The position numbers and the translations under genes are program-made. Positions 42,501 to 56,029 of a stretch of 64,000 nucleotides of DNA are shown one piece after another. The stretch's first letter is position 1. The number at the start of each line of letters is the position of its first letter. The notes beneath the pieces were generated by a model, which saw nothing but the letters and a program-made list of their open reading frames with translations, did no database searches and was not told where the DNA came from. The stretch is from Octopus vulgaris. Its lineage: Eukaryota. Location: assembly GCA_951406725.2 (NCBI GenBank), contig OX597842.1:29078001-29142000 (forward strand). The letters run 5' to 3'.

Positions 42501-45500
42501 TCCATGTTCATTGATCTACATCTTATCAACTTCAGATGTGTTCCTCCAAAACAATTTTATTTGCCTCAGTTGATTGGATCAAAACCCAAACGAGTTAGAT
42601 TCACCTTCTACTGAGCTATGTGCATACTGTTTAGCTTCTTATAAGGACAGGTGTGATAAATTGAGCTCTTCGTCATTCACCACCTGATACACACCTGAAG
42701 TTACATATTGTAGGTCCCTTAAATCATGACTCAATACCAGATGAAAAAGGGATGCAAACTGGTCTGAGGATATCCTCTTCCATGAACCATGACAGATTTA
42801 AATCGAGATACAAATTATTGTTTAAAAATACCCACAGTTTATGCAATAAAGTTCACTATTTTTGATTCCTAAGTTAAAAGTACTGATTCCAATCTCATTT
42901 GTTAAACCTGGACACATTCTTTACTGTGCAATGGTGTTTTTAGCATGGCTGGCTACATTTTCTTTCACAAAGACCTCTTTCATTACCTTGGAGGTGGTGC
43001 GATGGTCTATGCTTGCTCAAGCTTTTCAGAAATTGCTTGTGAAGATTTAAACCAGTCACAAGAGGAATTTTTCTGCGACATAAAAGCACATCAACATTTA
43101 CCATCCTCGAAACTTTTTAGAGCTGCATCTATGAAAATGGTCACCTATGTTCTCATACTTGTGATTTCAATTACCCAATATTGATTAGGAAATCTTTCAC
43201 TGGCCACAAAATGCAACAGATTTCCTTCATTTAATGTTAGATTCAAACTAACCCCAAGTAGTCCTCTCTCCCTTAAAAGGTAACAACACTTTCGATCTGC
43301 TATTTACCACTGCTCCTGAAATTATCAGCCTCAATAGTGATGAACCCTTAGGTGACTCTGATCATACTCCAATCTTGCAAAAGTATTTCTAATGGATAGA
43401 AAGAAAAGCCACCATAACTACCAAACTGCTTCGTTTTCCTGGAACACCGACTGTACTGAGGTATAGTTCCCTGACTGGCTTCGACTTTACAATTCTGGAG
43501 ATGTCAAGACTAACCTTCAGCACATCCATCCTTAATTCATGAATAAGTGTCGGTGCCATAGAAACGTTTTAGAAGCCTGAATATGTGAGAGACTGCCAGG
43601 AAATATCGATGAGATGCTGGACGTGATAAAAGAACAGGGGATAAAAGGAGAAGGTGCAACATGGTACCCTGCCATATTAAAGGAGTGACAAATGTACCGT
43701 TTTCACTGCTACTGAGATCAAATTCCATAAAACCTGTTGAATTCTGCAATATCGCAATGCTAATTGAAGCATATGTGCAATTATGCTTCCTCTTGTCTTG
43801 GTGGTGTTATTCATCTGCTTCTCAAAGGGTGCACCCTTTTTCTACTGCACCAGCTTTTTGTCCTCTTCTAATTCACACTTAGCCCAGTTTAATGGAAAGT
43901 TGCCATTATCCTCCCCCGTTCAAAAAGGGAGTGACCAGACATCCCCTGTTGATTACCATCCAGTCAGTCTCACAGAATTAATGGATCTACAGGAAGACAT
44001 TTTGGAACATCTGGAACCCTCATAAGCTTATTCAAACTCCAACCATTTCGATTTATCCCTAACTGTTGCTGCATTGAATTTCTTCACAGATGGTGGTTCA
44101 TGGGTGGATATTATCTCTATCAACTTCACCAAAGTCTTTAATTCCATGCCACAGTGATCAATTACGGCACAACTGTCTGGAATGGGTGCGAGGACTAAAT
44201 TATATAACTGCTTAAAATACTTACATTCTCAGTTGAAAAGACAGAGTCACAAAACTAAGTTAACATTCTGCACCTAACACAGAAGACCTACAAGGAACTA
44301 CTCTTGGTTTTCTCTTGCTCCTTCTATGTATCAGCTAAATACATGCCAACTATCTGCTATAGATCCTTTCTTCAATCTGACCTGGATACAATGCAGCAAT
44401 GCACTGCTGATTGCAAACTCAAGCTGGCCATAGAATGGTGCACCACTATACACTTTGGAATGAAAATTCCAAAATTTACCAACTCTCTCCAGAACAGCAA
44501 ACTTCAAAAGTCTGCAGGTGAACTTGACTGTGACATTAATATCAACAACGATGTGTAATGCATGAACCACATCTCTAAAAATCATCAGAAATATCAAAGT
44601 ATTGCTCAGTAAAACCTCTGCCCGTAAATTTGTCAAGTTATTAGTTTAAAATTATGCCTGGCTATCATACGTCTACACTTACAGTTTACATTTCCAATCT
44701 GGAATCCCCATCCTGTCCAGAATATCTATTCAGAGAAGAACAACAAGGCAAATGCTCTCTCTTAGTTACCATATCTTGAATATACTGCTTCTCTGGGTAT
44801 TGACATCATATTAGATGCTATATACCTTTGCTTCAATCTGATCACCAAACCAGGCAAATGCTCTCTGTTAGTCACCATATACTGAATGAATTGTTTCTCT
44901 GGGTATTAGCACATTAAAGTTTTGAAGTCCAGCAGCTAATCTGGTATAATCCCTTAGGTTTATACATAATCTTGCCAACAACAACTTTAGCAACATTTTT
45001 GAATTCAAAATCTCAGCCAGCAGCAGACATTCTTATAAAATTAAAATAAAAAACAGTGCAGCACCCATGACTTTACGAAATACTTTATCTCACTCAGAAT
45101 TATTTAAGCACACAACAAACCACCTGAGTCAGCTGTTAGCTGTCAGGATACGGCATCCTTCAAAATATTCTTTTCTTACCGAGGATATATAGCCAGTACA
45201 AGGTGTTGATGTGGCTGCGTGTATGTTATTTACAAGAGTTCATAAAGAGATGAAGAATAAATTCAAGACCTATATATTTACTACGGAAAAATATATTTTA
45301 TTTACTGGTCGATGACGATACACAGAATTAATATGTAGCATCTAGTTGAATGAAATAATCTATACAAGAAAGTTCAGAGATAGGAAATATAGAAATAATA
45401 GCCAAGTGGTGGTTTTCAGCCATGTGGCGTAGAGAAACAGACGGACATAGCAATGACGTGAATGGCTCTAAGTCTAATCGACTAAGAAGCAAAGAGCAGG

Positions 45501-48094
45501 GTTAGCAAGCTGTTTTTATGAATGGAATGCTAGATATTCTAGAAACTTCCAAGAGAAACGCTAAGATACTTGAATAATTAAGAATCACATCTTATGACAC
45601 AGATGTTGTGAGAAACTTAGTGAAGCGAGGTTACTCTATAGGCTTTCTTGCAAGGGAGATCATTCAACTATTTAGCTACAGACCACTACACTCCTGATGT
45701 ACCTTTTTATGCCTCTTTTACTGTTAGCCTTTCTGTTTTTTGTGTTTTATTCTATGTATCGTGCATTTACTCCTAGCTTTCATAACGGTCTTTCTTTACT
45801 TGACTAAGCACTGCTTTCCATCCCCTCTTTTACCCTTTCCCAGTAAGTTGTAGTACACCTCAGCTCTGTATACATTATGTTATTACAATACTTGCATAAA
45901 AGATTATTTGCTAATAAATAAGTCCAACCAATGCTTGTCTATCGGATAAAACAGAGCTATATTTATACAGTTCAGAAATCAACATCTAAAGACAATATCT
46001 GAATTTCAACAGACAAAGAAAGTTATGCATATTCTCACAGAGAATAATGTGTCTTGTTCATCAGCAGCTAACAAATATATGGCAAAGTAACAGCTAAAAC
46101 TTATGAAATACAGGAGTCTAATGTGACCAAGAAGCCTAAAAGACTAAGAATGGTATAGGTGTTACCAGAACGATTTATGTTTCCTGGCAATTTTATTCTG
46201 TGAAGATGTGTGTCAGTGTTCTAGCAATATTAACAGAAATATGTGTGTGTGTGTGTGTGTACATAGACTTGGTGACCCTGCCAGTGCTGGGGCCACATAA
46301 AAAGCATCCCGTCCACACTGTAAAATGGCTGGCATTTGGAAGGACATCCAGCTGTAAAAACCATTCCAAAGCTGGCCTTGCCTGCGCTGGTGTTACTCAG
46401 TCCACTCTGCTGGGCATGCCAAAACAGACAGAAGTTTGGTGTAGACTTCTGGCGGGCTCCCTTTCAAACCATCCAACTCATGCCAGGATGGAAACGGACG
46501 TTAAGCAATGATGATAATGATGTTGATGATATATATACACACACTGTTTGGGTGTGTAGTTTATTTTCTTATGAAACCTTTCAGAATAATGAACTGATTG
46601 GAACAGAGAAGAGAGAGAACATGTTGGTAGACAGATTAATTTCATTTGTTTTTATGTAACAACTTCAAAATCTGTTCATTCACTTCACTGTTTAGTTCTA
46701 CATTTTCTTATTGGTCACAAATCTTTAAAATAGGGAACTAAGAAAGGTAGATGGGTGGTGGTAGACAGTGAGGTACAACTACCAACCCAAACAGTGCTCT
46801 TCATTGGATCACATAACAACTGCATTTTGTTTATTGTTCTTCATACTATTGTTGTGTGGCCTTTGATCAAGACACTATGGCAGTATAATGTATTGGTAGA
46901 ATTAAAATTAAACAAACATAAACATGATTATATACAAAATAGAAAATAAACTGTCACTGCCAACGAATACTTACTTTTGTGGGGGGAATAATTCTTTAAA
47001 TTTTTCTTTCAAATCTGCATCCCCAATGAGGTCCAATGGAGCTACATTCTCATTATTTTTCCTGTACAAGTTGGCCCCCTGGTGGGCTAGATAGCCAGCG
47101 ACTCCTACACCAGAGAGCCTCTTTTCGGTCGGCAACCCAAGCTTAGCACAGCACTACAAATGACAAAGTATAAAATGATGATTACAATATTTCACAAATA
47201 TACTTCGTAGATACCCAAATTACACAACAGTTCAACTACGTATACAAATAGTTTGTATCTCCAGCGCTTAAACTGATTGCACAATATTAAGTTCCGACAT
47301 CATCTCTAATTGAATCCATTTCCCATTTTCATTTGTTTTTAGTCTATTCTCAACATTATGACATATTTTATATATATGGTCATTATATTAAACAGAACAA
47401 ACATTACTGATTAACATCAAGTTTATTGGTAATTAATGCGTAAATAATCATTTGCCAATCACAAATATCACAAGATATTCAATAAAAAACAATTTAAAAC
47501 CAAATCATAGCATCAAGTCAAATATATGGAATATAATGGAACAAACATCACAAATATTAGAACACAACAAACTATCTATTCAACTAGCTTGGTGAATCCA
47601 TAAATGGCCATCACACAAGAAATATGGAGGAGTATTGTATATATAAATATAACACAACAACATGACAGCAAACAAGTTACATGAGAACTGAGAATACTTA
47701 GAACAGACACAACAACAAAAGCAACACCACACAGACATATCCAAAAATAACAACGTTTCCATAATTAATAAAGAAACTTCTTTGGATAATGAAGGTGAAG
47801 TAAAGGAAGTAAGAATTAGTGTCACAGTTGAGGCAGCACACCAACACATTATAGTTAATAAACTGCTCAAACTGTTAGACAATTCCAGTTGGGTGGGTAG
47901 CTGACTGCAAGAGTGGCTTCTTCTCACCAAAGTAGACATTACTACAATTTACATATGATCATCAAATGTCTGAAATAGAGTCACACATCAGTAGTGACCT
48001 TTATTTATACGGGAATCAAAGAGTCGATTGAATTCTGAAACAGTAGACAATATATACCATCAGATCTCCCGATGGATACATGTTGATGCATTTG

Positions 48095-48146
<52 letters not shown>

Positions 48147-51100
48147 AGAGAGAGAGAGAGAGACAGAGAAATAAATATGTAGTTGAACACACGCAACCTA
48201 CATACAGGAAAACACACTAAGGACCTTCGTTCATTGTATCCATTCTCTAGTGTTCTAACATTCAACATTGTGATGACATGTCTACAGGAAACCAGTGGAT
48301 ACACATTGTGTGCAAGATGTGTGATAAAGAGTCGTTTCGGGAAGAATTCTTCACAGAATGGTCTGGATGCATTTATCATGGCACCAGCATTATAAAGGTT
48401 ATCGTCTATCATGTCCCACAGACCTCTCCTCCTCCCTGTTTCATTGTTATTTGGGAATGTCTCCTCTTTGTCATTGGTCACCTTTCCTTCACACTGTGAT
48501 GGCTGTGTTTATATAGCCAACAAGATGGGTTACCTCCTTTACAGGGGAGAGAGCATGCCTTCGAGGGTGAAAGGAGATGGAATATAGTTAGTTACATAAT
48601 ATAACTAGGGTTATCTGGATTGACTGGATTACTTAATACTAATGGAAGAGAGGTGGATGGGAGTGAATAGACATGGCAAGCAATGTCTGCCCGTTTCTCT
48701 ATTTCTCTCTCTTTATCTTACACACACACACACACAAGCTCACACTTCTACTCATCCTCCTCATCATCATTTAATGTCCATTTTCCATGCTGGTGTGGGT
48801 TCAATGGTTCAGCAAGGGCTGGCCAACTGCAGAGCAGCTCAGGGTCCAATTGCCAGGTTTGGCATGGTTTCTGTGGTTGGATGCCCTATCTAATGCCAAC
48901 CACACACACATTCACAATCAATTTAAAAAACTTACCTCATCTAAAATGGTAATATGTTCCTTCTCAGAACAAAATTCCTCTTTCTCTGCTGCAATATGCA
49001 AACAATTATTGCCATGCTTGTCGATGGCATTCATATTTGCACCGCACGTGATTAGTTTGTGGACTATTCCGATGTGGGCTGCATACACGGCTTCCAGTAA
49101 GGGTGTTCTTTTATCATTGTTCGCAATATCCAGTTTCACTGAATCCTTTGTGGAAGTAAAAATAGAAATTGAAAATGTACATGAAAATTAGGGTGGATGT
49201 GACATTGCTGTCTTCTACTGGGTACTTGATCAACCTGATCATGTACATTTGATGTTTGTTAGTGTAGTCAACCTTCTGTAAGGTCCCTCTATAACACGCT
49301 ATGGATATTTGTTAGGGACATGATAAATCTATTAAGATGTCATAAACAGATTGTTTCAGCCTCATCTTCATTTATCCCTCACTATATAGTATGTTTTAGG
49401 GGACTAGAACAAGAGTGAAAATATAATTAGCAGATCAAGTCTAGTAAAGACGAATTATATACTTAGTGTAAGCCTTTCATGTTGCTATGTTAATAAGGGA
49501 TCCATAAAACGGGGGAGTTGGTTAGTGTCCACATCCTTACATCACTGTACATACAGTTGCATAAATATATTAACGTTATGGATGTAACACGCACACACAT
49601 ATATATACACACACACACATATTCATATAACAATCAAAATTGCCATTGAATATATATATATATATAATATATAAATATATGCATATTTACATAAATATAT
49701 GTACATACCTACATATATATATATATGTATATATATACATGCATATATGGGTACAAGACATAAAACAAACAGATCTCTTGGATCCACTTTAGACAGCCTC
49801 TCCTTCTCTCACGCGTTCTCTACATTTAGGAGCCTTTCATAGTGGCACTTCCAAGCCTATTTCTTTGCAGAGTCACTAACTGCAACGGAGCCATCATCCA
49901 TGTGAACACACTTCTCTCCCACAACATCACAATTTTCCTTGGTAAGCCAAAACACTTCAAATCTCTGGTCCTCACATTGCAAGACATTGGCAAACTTCTT
50001 CCTTTCTGCTTCACTCATGGCTGAGTATACCTGCTTCCTAGCTTCCTTTCTAACTGCCAGATACAACTCCCAGCTGCCACCACCCTTCCCATCCTTGTCC
50101 CTGTCAATTACCCTTTTCCACCACCACATCACCCTATGCCTGGCTGGGACATTGCACCAGCTACAAATTTGGTCTGAAATTCTCAGCAAGTTGTCCCATT
50201 GGAACTTCCACTTATCCTCAATGCTGCAAGTCTGAAATTCCTCCTCCTTCCCATTATATGCTTCATTTAGGACATCACTAAATTTCTGACTAATTGAAGA
50301 TTCCTTCAGCTTCCATACTCTTCCTTTCCAAACTGGCTTGCTTCTTGGAATCCTTCAAGCCAGTAGCTTGAACTCCCTAATGAGTAACCTATGCTGTGGG
50401 CTACATTCTTCTCTATTGAAGGCCTTTGCATTTACGAGCAGCCATGAATCCTGCTTTTGGGTGAGAATGTAGTCAGTTTGGTGAGCATGTACCTTGGATT
50501 TATAGGTTATCAAGTGGCTGGCCAGCTTTCTGAAGCAAGTGTTGCGATTATTTGGTCATTTGCACCACAGAACTCCAGTAGCCTTGCACTCCCCTCATTT
50601 CAGGAACCAAATCTGCGTCCCCCATGGAAGATACCTCGGTGCTGCCCAACATATCCATTGAAATCACTGGCCACGAAGATAAGGTCACAGTCATTTATCT
50701 TTGAAGTGGCCAGCAGAAGAGTGTCATAGAAGTAGCCCTTCAGTTGATTTGGCAGACCCAGTTGTCTGTGTGTGTGTGGGGAGGAGCGCATAGGACGAGA
50801 TGATTGTTGCTGTGCCTACATTGACTGCAGCTATCAGCATCTGAAAAGGTTGTTTATGGACACCTGTAAATAGGAGTTAATCAGGTATTGTCACCACCAG
50901 CAGTGGAGGGTGCCGCATCCTGGCATTCATGCAATGCAATGTTAATACAAATACAGGTAAATAAGGTAGGTAGACAAATACAGTAAGGGTAGTTAATCCG
51001 TTGAGTTAGGTAGGGAGAGGACAAGGGAAGTTGATTCATCATGTATTGATGGTAATGGATTAACGAAGCAATAGGGACTGAGTGCAGCGTACCCTCATTT

Positions 51101-51841
51101 AGCTTTGTTGCTGGGGACAAGGACTTTTAACTTTTCTCTGCTGCATAATCTCAGCATGCAATGTGTCTGGTACGAATAACTCTGTGTGTACATAAACATA
51201 TACATACATATATATATATACATACATAGATATTTATACATATGTACAGAGGGGAAAAAGTAGCCAAATAAATTATTGGACACAAGATAAAATGTTGACA
51301 CCAACAATGTACATATATAACATATCACACACACATACAACATGACAGAGCGATATTAAAAGATGATGATGATGATGATGATGATGATAGTATATATAAT
51401 CTGATATATATGGGTTGAATTCATAATGACCTTGTTTTGTCTGACCATTGAAGATAGTACTGTCAGCAGTGGTGGTCAGTTGAACTATCAACACCACTAC
51501 TACTGTCATCATTGTTATCACCAATATAATTATTCTTCACAGACCCAAGACCTGCCGCTTAAAGGCTGCTGCAGTGAAGTTGATTAAACCTACCCACCAG
51601 AATTTCACTGGTATTTTCATGATATTAATATTGAATATTAAAGACAGGATATAATTATGTATTTGTTAACTAACCTGGGCCAGCATTGAAGCCACCACAT
51701 CATAGTCTTGACTGAAAGTTATAGAAAGAGGAAAGGAAAAAAATAATTGTAATCAGATTAATTAAAACAAATGTAATTGGGTCATTACAACCTAATTACA
51801 TCAATAATTACATACACACATATACATATTATACATGTGTG

Positions 51842-51883
<42 letters not shown>

Positions 51884-51946
51884 CATACATATATACACAC
51901 ATACATACATACATATATACACATACATACATACATACATATATAC

Positions 51947-51988
<42 letters not shown>

Positions 51989-52140
51989 ATACATATATAT
52001 ATACACACACATACATACATATATATATACACACACATACATACATATATATATACACACACATACATACATATATATATACACACACATACATACATAT
52101 ATATATATATACACACATACATACATATATATATATACAC

Positions 52141-52173
<33 letters not shown>

Positions 52174-52362
52174 CATACATACATACATATATATATACAC
52201 ACATACATACATATATATATACATACATACATATATATATACACATACGTACATACACAAATACATACATATATATATATATTTATATATATACACACAT
52301 ACATACATACATATATATATATATACATACATATATATATATATACACACATACATACACAA

Positions 52363-52405
<43 letters not shown>

Positions 52406-52408
52406 TAC

Positions 52409-52439
<31 letters not shown>

Positions 52440-52579
52440 CACACATACATACATACATATATATATATACATACATATATATATATACACACATACATAC
52501 ATACATATATATATATACACACATACATACATATATATATACACACATACATACATTATATATATATATACACACATAC

Positions 52580-52614
<35 letters not shown>

Positions 52615-52626
52615 TACATACACAAA

Positions 52627-52662
<36 letters not shown>

Positions 52663-52806
52663 TACACACATACATACATATATATATATACATACATATA
52701 TATATATACACACATACATACATACATATATATATATATATACACACATACATACATATATATATATACACACATACATACATTATATATATATATACAC
52801 ACATAC

Positions 52807-52843
<37 letters not shown>

Positions 52844-52855
52844 TACATACACAAA

Positions 52856-52891
<36 letters not shown>

Positions 52892-53031
52892 TATATACAC
52901 ACATACATACATATATATATATACATACATATATATATATACACACATACATACATACATATATATATATATACACACATACATACATATATATATATAC
53001 ACACATACATACATTATATATATATATACAC

Positions 53032-53076
<45 letters not shown>

Positions 53077-53087
53077 TACATACACAA

Positions 53088-53126
<39 letters not shown>

Positions 53127-55668
53127 CAAAATAAGAAAATGGAGAAATACACCTTAATCAATAATCAACTACCAGATAATACCCAATCACATAATTTATT
53201 AACCAACTACATATGAACATCAAGGTCAAACATAATAGTACAGAACAAAACAATGCACATCAATGAGTAATATGATACAATAAGTAAAGGAACCGAAACA
53301 TGTAAAATTCATAAGAAAATTAAAATTTATCGAATATAGTAGCGTTTTCAAACCTCTTTTTTACAAATATATATACATATATAAACAAATACATATACCC
53401 GAAAACAACCACGCACACATATATGTATATATATACATACACATACATACTGTTAACTAAAATAGTATTAAGAATCATTAAAATTAAGATAATATTAATT
53501 GTTAATACAACGAAAGGGGTTGGAAGGGCAATTCGTAATATACAAAAAAGAGGGGCCTAAAAGGGTAGAAAAAGGTAAGGGTTAATAAAAGGCAAAGGTT
53601 GGAAAATATTGAGATAAAATTTATAAGAAGGGTATAAACTCAAAACCCAGATTTACCATAACCAGTGTAAAGAAGATGTAGGTTATTTGCATAAGATACA
53701 TAATTAAAAATTACACCACATATTCCGTAAACAATCAGAAGACTAGGAAACCGTCCAGATATCAACACTTGTAAATTTTATCTGAATATTTTCCAACAGT
53801 AATCAGACACAAGAACAGGAGTAAAGAGGAGGACAATTTATTAAATGAACCCCTGGATATTACTGGTACAGATTTTGAGCCCAGGAGTTGAACTTGGAAC
53901 ACAAACGGATCAAAGTAAGGGGATGATTCTGCATTTAGCCCAGGGCCAGAGGAAAGAGGAAAATTTCAAGAGAGCGGGGTGGGTGAGGTGTTTTACATGG
54001 AATGAAAGGAAGAAGGGAGAGGATTTGAACCTGTAACGTTGAGGTAACGAAGGATGAGATGAAGTAAAGAATCCAGTCAGGTAACAACAACAACAACAAT
54101 AATTATGATGATTAATTAATGAAGTTAGATTACAGTGTCATTAGAGTGAGAGAGAGAGAGAGAGAGAGAGGGGTGAAGCATGACGACCCATGGTGGGATT
54201 ATGACATGAATGACTCGAAACAAGAAAACAAACATTAAAGAAACAGATTTGGATAATCCAAATCCATTGGGGACTTACTTTTGAACTGCCAGATGGAGAG
54301 GGGTGTCACCGTCTTCGTCCACCTTATTGGCATCGATGCCATTCTGTTGCAGGAGAAGTTCAACAACTTCCTTGTGTCCATGAATAGAGGCAATATGAAG
54401 AGGGGTGAGACCATGATTGGTCACAGCACAGATGTCAGAGCCATTCTGTTGCAGGAGAAGTTCAATAACTTCCTTGCTTCCATATTGACATGCAATATGG
54501 AGAGCTGTCCAACCATCTTCCTTCACAGCATTAACATCGATGCCATTCTGTTGCAGGAGAAGTTCAACAACGTCCGTATGTCCATATTGACAGGCAACAT
54601 GGAGAGCTGTCCAACCATCTTCCGTCACAGCATTAACATCGATGCCATTCTGTTGCAGGAGAAGTTCAACAACTTCCTTGTGTCCATTAGCAGAGGCAAG
54701 ATGTAGAGGGGTGAAACCATGATTGGTCACAGCACAGATGTCAGAGCCATTCTGTTGCAGGAGAAGTTCAACAACGTCCGTATGTCCCCTCTGACAGGCA
54801 AGATGGAGAGCTGTCCAACCATCTTCCGTCACAGCATTAACATCGATGCCATTCTGTTGCAGGAGAAGTTCAACAACGTCCGTATGTCCCCCCTGACAGG
54901 CAATATGGAGAGCTGTGAAACCATTTTCCATCACAGCATTAACATCGATGCCATTCTGTTGCAGGAGAAGTTCAACAACTTCCTTGTGTCCATTAGCAGA
55001 GGCAATATGAAGAGGGGTGAAACCACGATTGGTCACAGCACAGATGTCAGAGCCATTCTGTTGCAGGAGAAGTTCAACAACGTCCGTATGTCCTTCCTGA
55101 CATGCAAGATGGAGAGCTGTCCAACCATCTTCCTCCACAGCATTAACATCGATGCCATTCTGTTGCAGAAGTTCAACAATGTTTATTTGTCCATAGTAAC
55201 AGGCATAATATAGAGCTGTCCAACCGTTTCTATTTCGCTGATTAACCTAAAAAAGATAAACAATAAAGACATTAAAGATGGTGTTTATTGGGGGAAGAAG
55301 GAAAAAAAATGAAAAATGTCAGAAAAAAAGAATCAGATTAATTTAAACAGGTGGAATGAAGGTGGGGGGAAAATAAATGAGATTTATAATGTGTCTATAC
55401 ACACACATATATGTGTATGCATATATATATATATATATATACACTCTCGCACATACATATATACATAAATACCTATATATACATACGTGTTTTATATCTT
55501 CACTGATCATTTGTTTATGCATTTTTGTGTATATATGCGTTTATGTGTGTGTATATTTGTGTATGTATGTACAGGTCTGTGTGAGCTGAAGAAAAGTTTT
55601 TAATTAAAAACATATAAATATAAACTGTTTCATATACATATAACACAAACCAACATACATATCATTAT

Positions 55669-55710
<42 letters not shown>

Positions 55711-55875
55711 TCGCTGACCTGTAAATTGTTATTTTCTTTGCTATTTAACAGGACTTTGACTACATCTTCATAGTTCTTCCACACAGCCAGATGTAGAGGT
55801 GTTTCGCCCCATGAGTCCTGCTTATTAACATTTGCTCCCCTGGAGACTAAGAAGGCCACAGAATCCGTTTGGTGG
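34014..55875 (-). CDS. Ankyrin-repeat / RING / death-domain protein (Mind bomb MIB2-like E3 ligase with C-terminal death domain); multi-exon, 5' exons not identified
   Basis: Exons with canonical AG/GT and compatible phases: 55719-55875, 54279-55246, 51675-51711, 48936-49145, 46975-47153, 42099-42237, micro-exons 40638-40673/40487-40522/40336-40371, 37904-37975, 34014-34219. About 700 codons; needs +1 nt in the RING exon. Confidence 0.85.
36038..36903 (+). mobile_element. RTE LINE 3' portion (intronic, antisense to host gene)
   Basis: MLHGSETW...[13 protein letters not shown]...GRGRPRKTW, then family 3' UTR and (GAT)n tail. Confidence 0.9.
37904..37975 (-). CDS. Exon: first helices of the death domain (72 nt, phase 1-1)
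   Basis: tatttcag|AG TCT GTA...GAA CTT G|gtgagt; [25 protein letters not shown] joins RELG in the last exon. Confidence 0.85.
38740..39200 (-). mobile_element. Non-LTR retrotransposon RT relic (R2/Hero/NeSL-like)
   Basis: FMDDIKMLT...[16 protein letters not shown] plus an upstream GIAVGCT-like motif. Confidence 0.55.
40336..40371 (-). CDS. 36-nt micro-exon copy 3 ([12 protein letters not shown])
   Basis: cttatttcag|AATGTCCAAAGTGTAAAGAAAAAGTAGAGTCTGTTG|gtgagt, phase 1-1. Confidence 0.7.
40487..40522 (-). CDS. 36-nt micro-exon copy 2
   Basis: Identical to 40336-40371 including splice sites. Confidence 0.65.
40638..40673 (-). CDS. 36-nt micro-exon copy 1
   Basis: Identical to 40336-40371 including splice sites. 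Confidence 0.65.
40789..40839 (-). CDS. Related 51-nt exon ([17 protein letters not shown]) with non-canonical AA acceptor
   Basis: Intact gtgagt donor; acceptor reads cttatttcAA where the sister copies read cttatttcAG. Confidence 0.45.
42099..42237 (-). CDS. RING-HC finger exon with 1-nt deletion
   Basis: ttttccacag|A TGT...; [31 protein letters not shown], then +1 A at 42144-42147 restores [16 protein letters not shown]|gtaaga. Confidence 0.85.
43200..45190 (+). mobile_element. Heavily decayed CR1-type LINE
   Basis: Remnant motifs: [39 protein letters not shown], and a 3' end similar to the 8672 copy. Confidence 0.7.
46975..47153 (-). CDS. Exon: last ankyrin-like repeat before the RING
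   Basis: tttgtag|TGC...AA|gtaagt; [59 protein letters not shown], resembling the pre-RING segment of Mind bomb proteins. Confidence 0.85.
48936..49145 (-). CDS. Ankyrin-repeat exon (70 codons)
   Basis: ccacaaag|GAT TCA GTG...GAG|gtaagt; [12 protein letters not shown]...[19 protein letters not shown]. Confidence 0.9.
49780..50800 (-). mobile_element. Decayed RTE LINE fragment (endonuclease/linker)
   Basis: ASDFNGYVG and EDQRFEVF...DVVGEKCV, homologous to ORF 14913-15656. Confidence 0.8.
51675..51711 (-). CDS. 37-nt ankyrin exon ([13 protein letters not shown])
   Basis: Strong polypyrimidine tract ...aactttcag|T CAA GAC...CAG|gttagt. Phase 2 to 0 exactly bridges the flanking exons and completes the repeat begun by TPLHLAVQ. 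Confidence 0.8.
51810..53130. repeat. Long (TA)/(CA)/(TACA) compound microsatellite
   Basis: Visible low complexity; source of spurious ORFs longer than 400 aa. Confidence 0.95.
54279..55246 (-). CDS. Large ankyrin-array exon (~9.5 repeats; 8 near-identical 34-aa units)
   Basis: ORF 54275-55138 extended to acceptor ttttttag|GTT AAT; donor AA|gtaagt; 102-nt periodicity. Confidence 0.95.
55719..55875 (-). CDS. Ankyrin-repeat exon (most 5' exon found)
   Basis: ttcctttcag|C CAC CAA...CAG|gtcagc; [35 protein letters not shown]. Confidence 0.9.
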
Positions 55876-56029
55876 CTGAAAGGAAGAAAAACAAACATAA
55901 AACATCACATTCACTTAATAATTACATTAAATATACACTCGTGTTCCATTAAATGCATAAAAACCTATGTATACTACAGCCTCGTGTGTGTATATATATA
56001 AATATATATGCAAATATGTATGTATGTAG

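Noticed and set aside
51777-53216. Long ORFs (up to 479 aa) rich in Y/I/H/T or C/V/M, also at 3386-4072, 7407-8446 and 57184-61712
   Set aside because: Translations of microsatellites and the minisatellite, open in several frames on both strands.
54281-55213. Plus-strand repetitive ORFs
   Set aside because: Antisense shadows of the ankyrin array.
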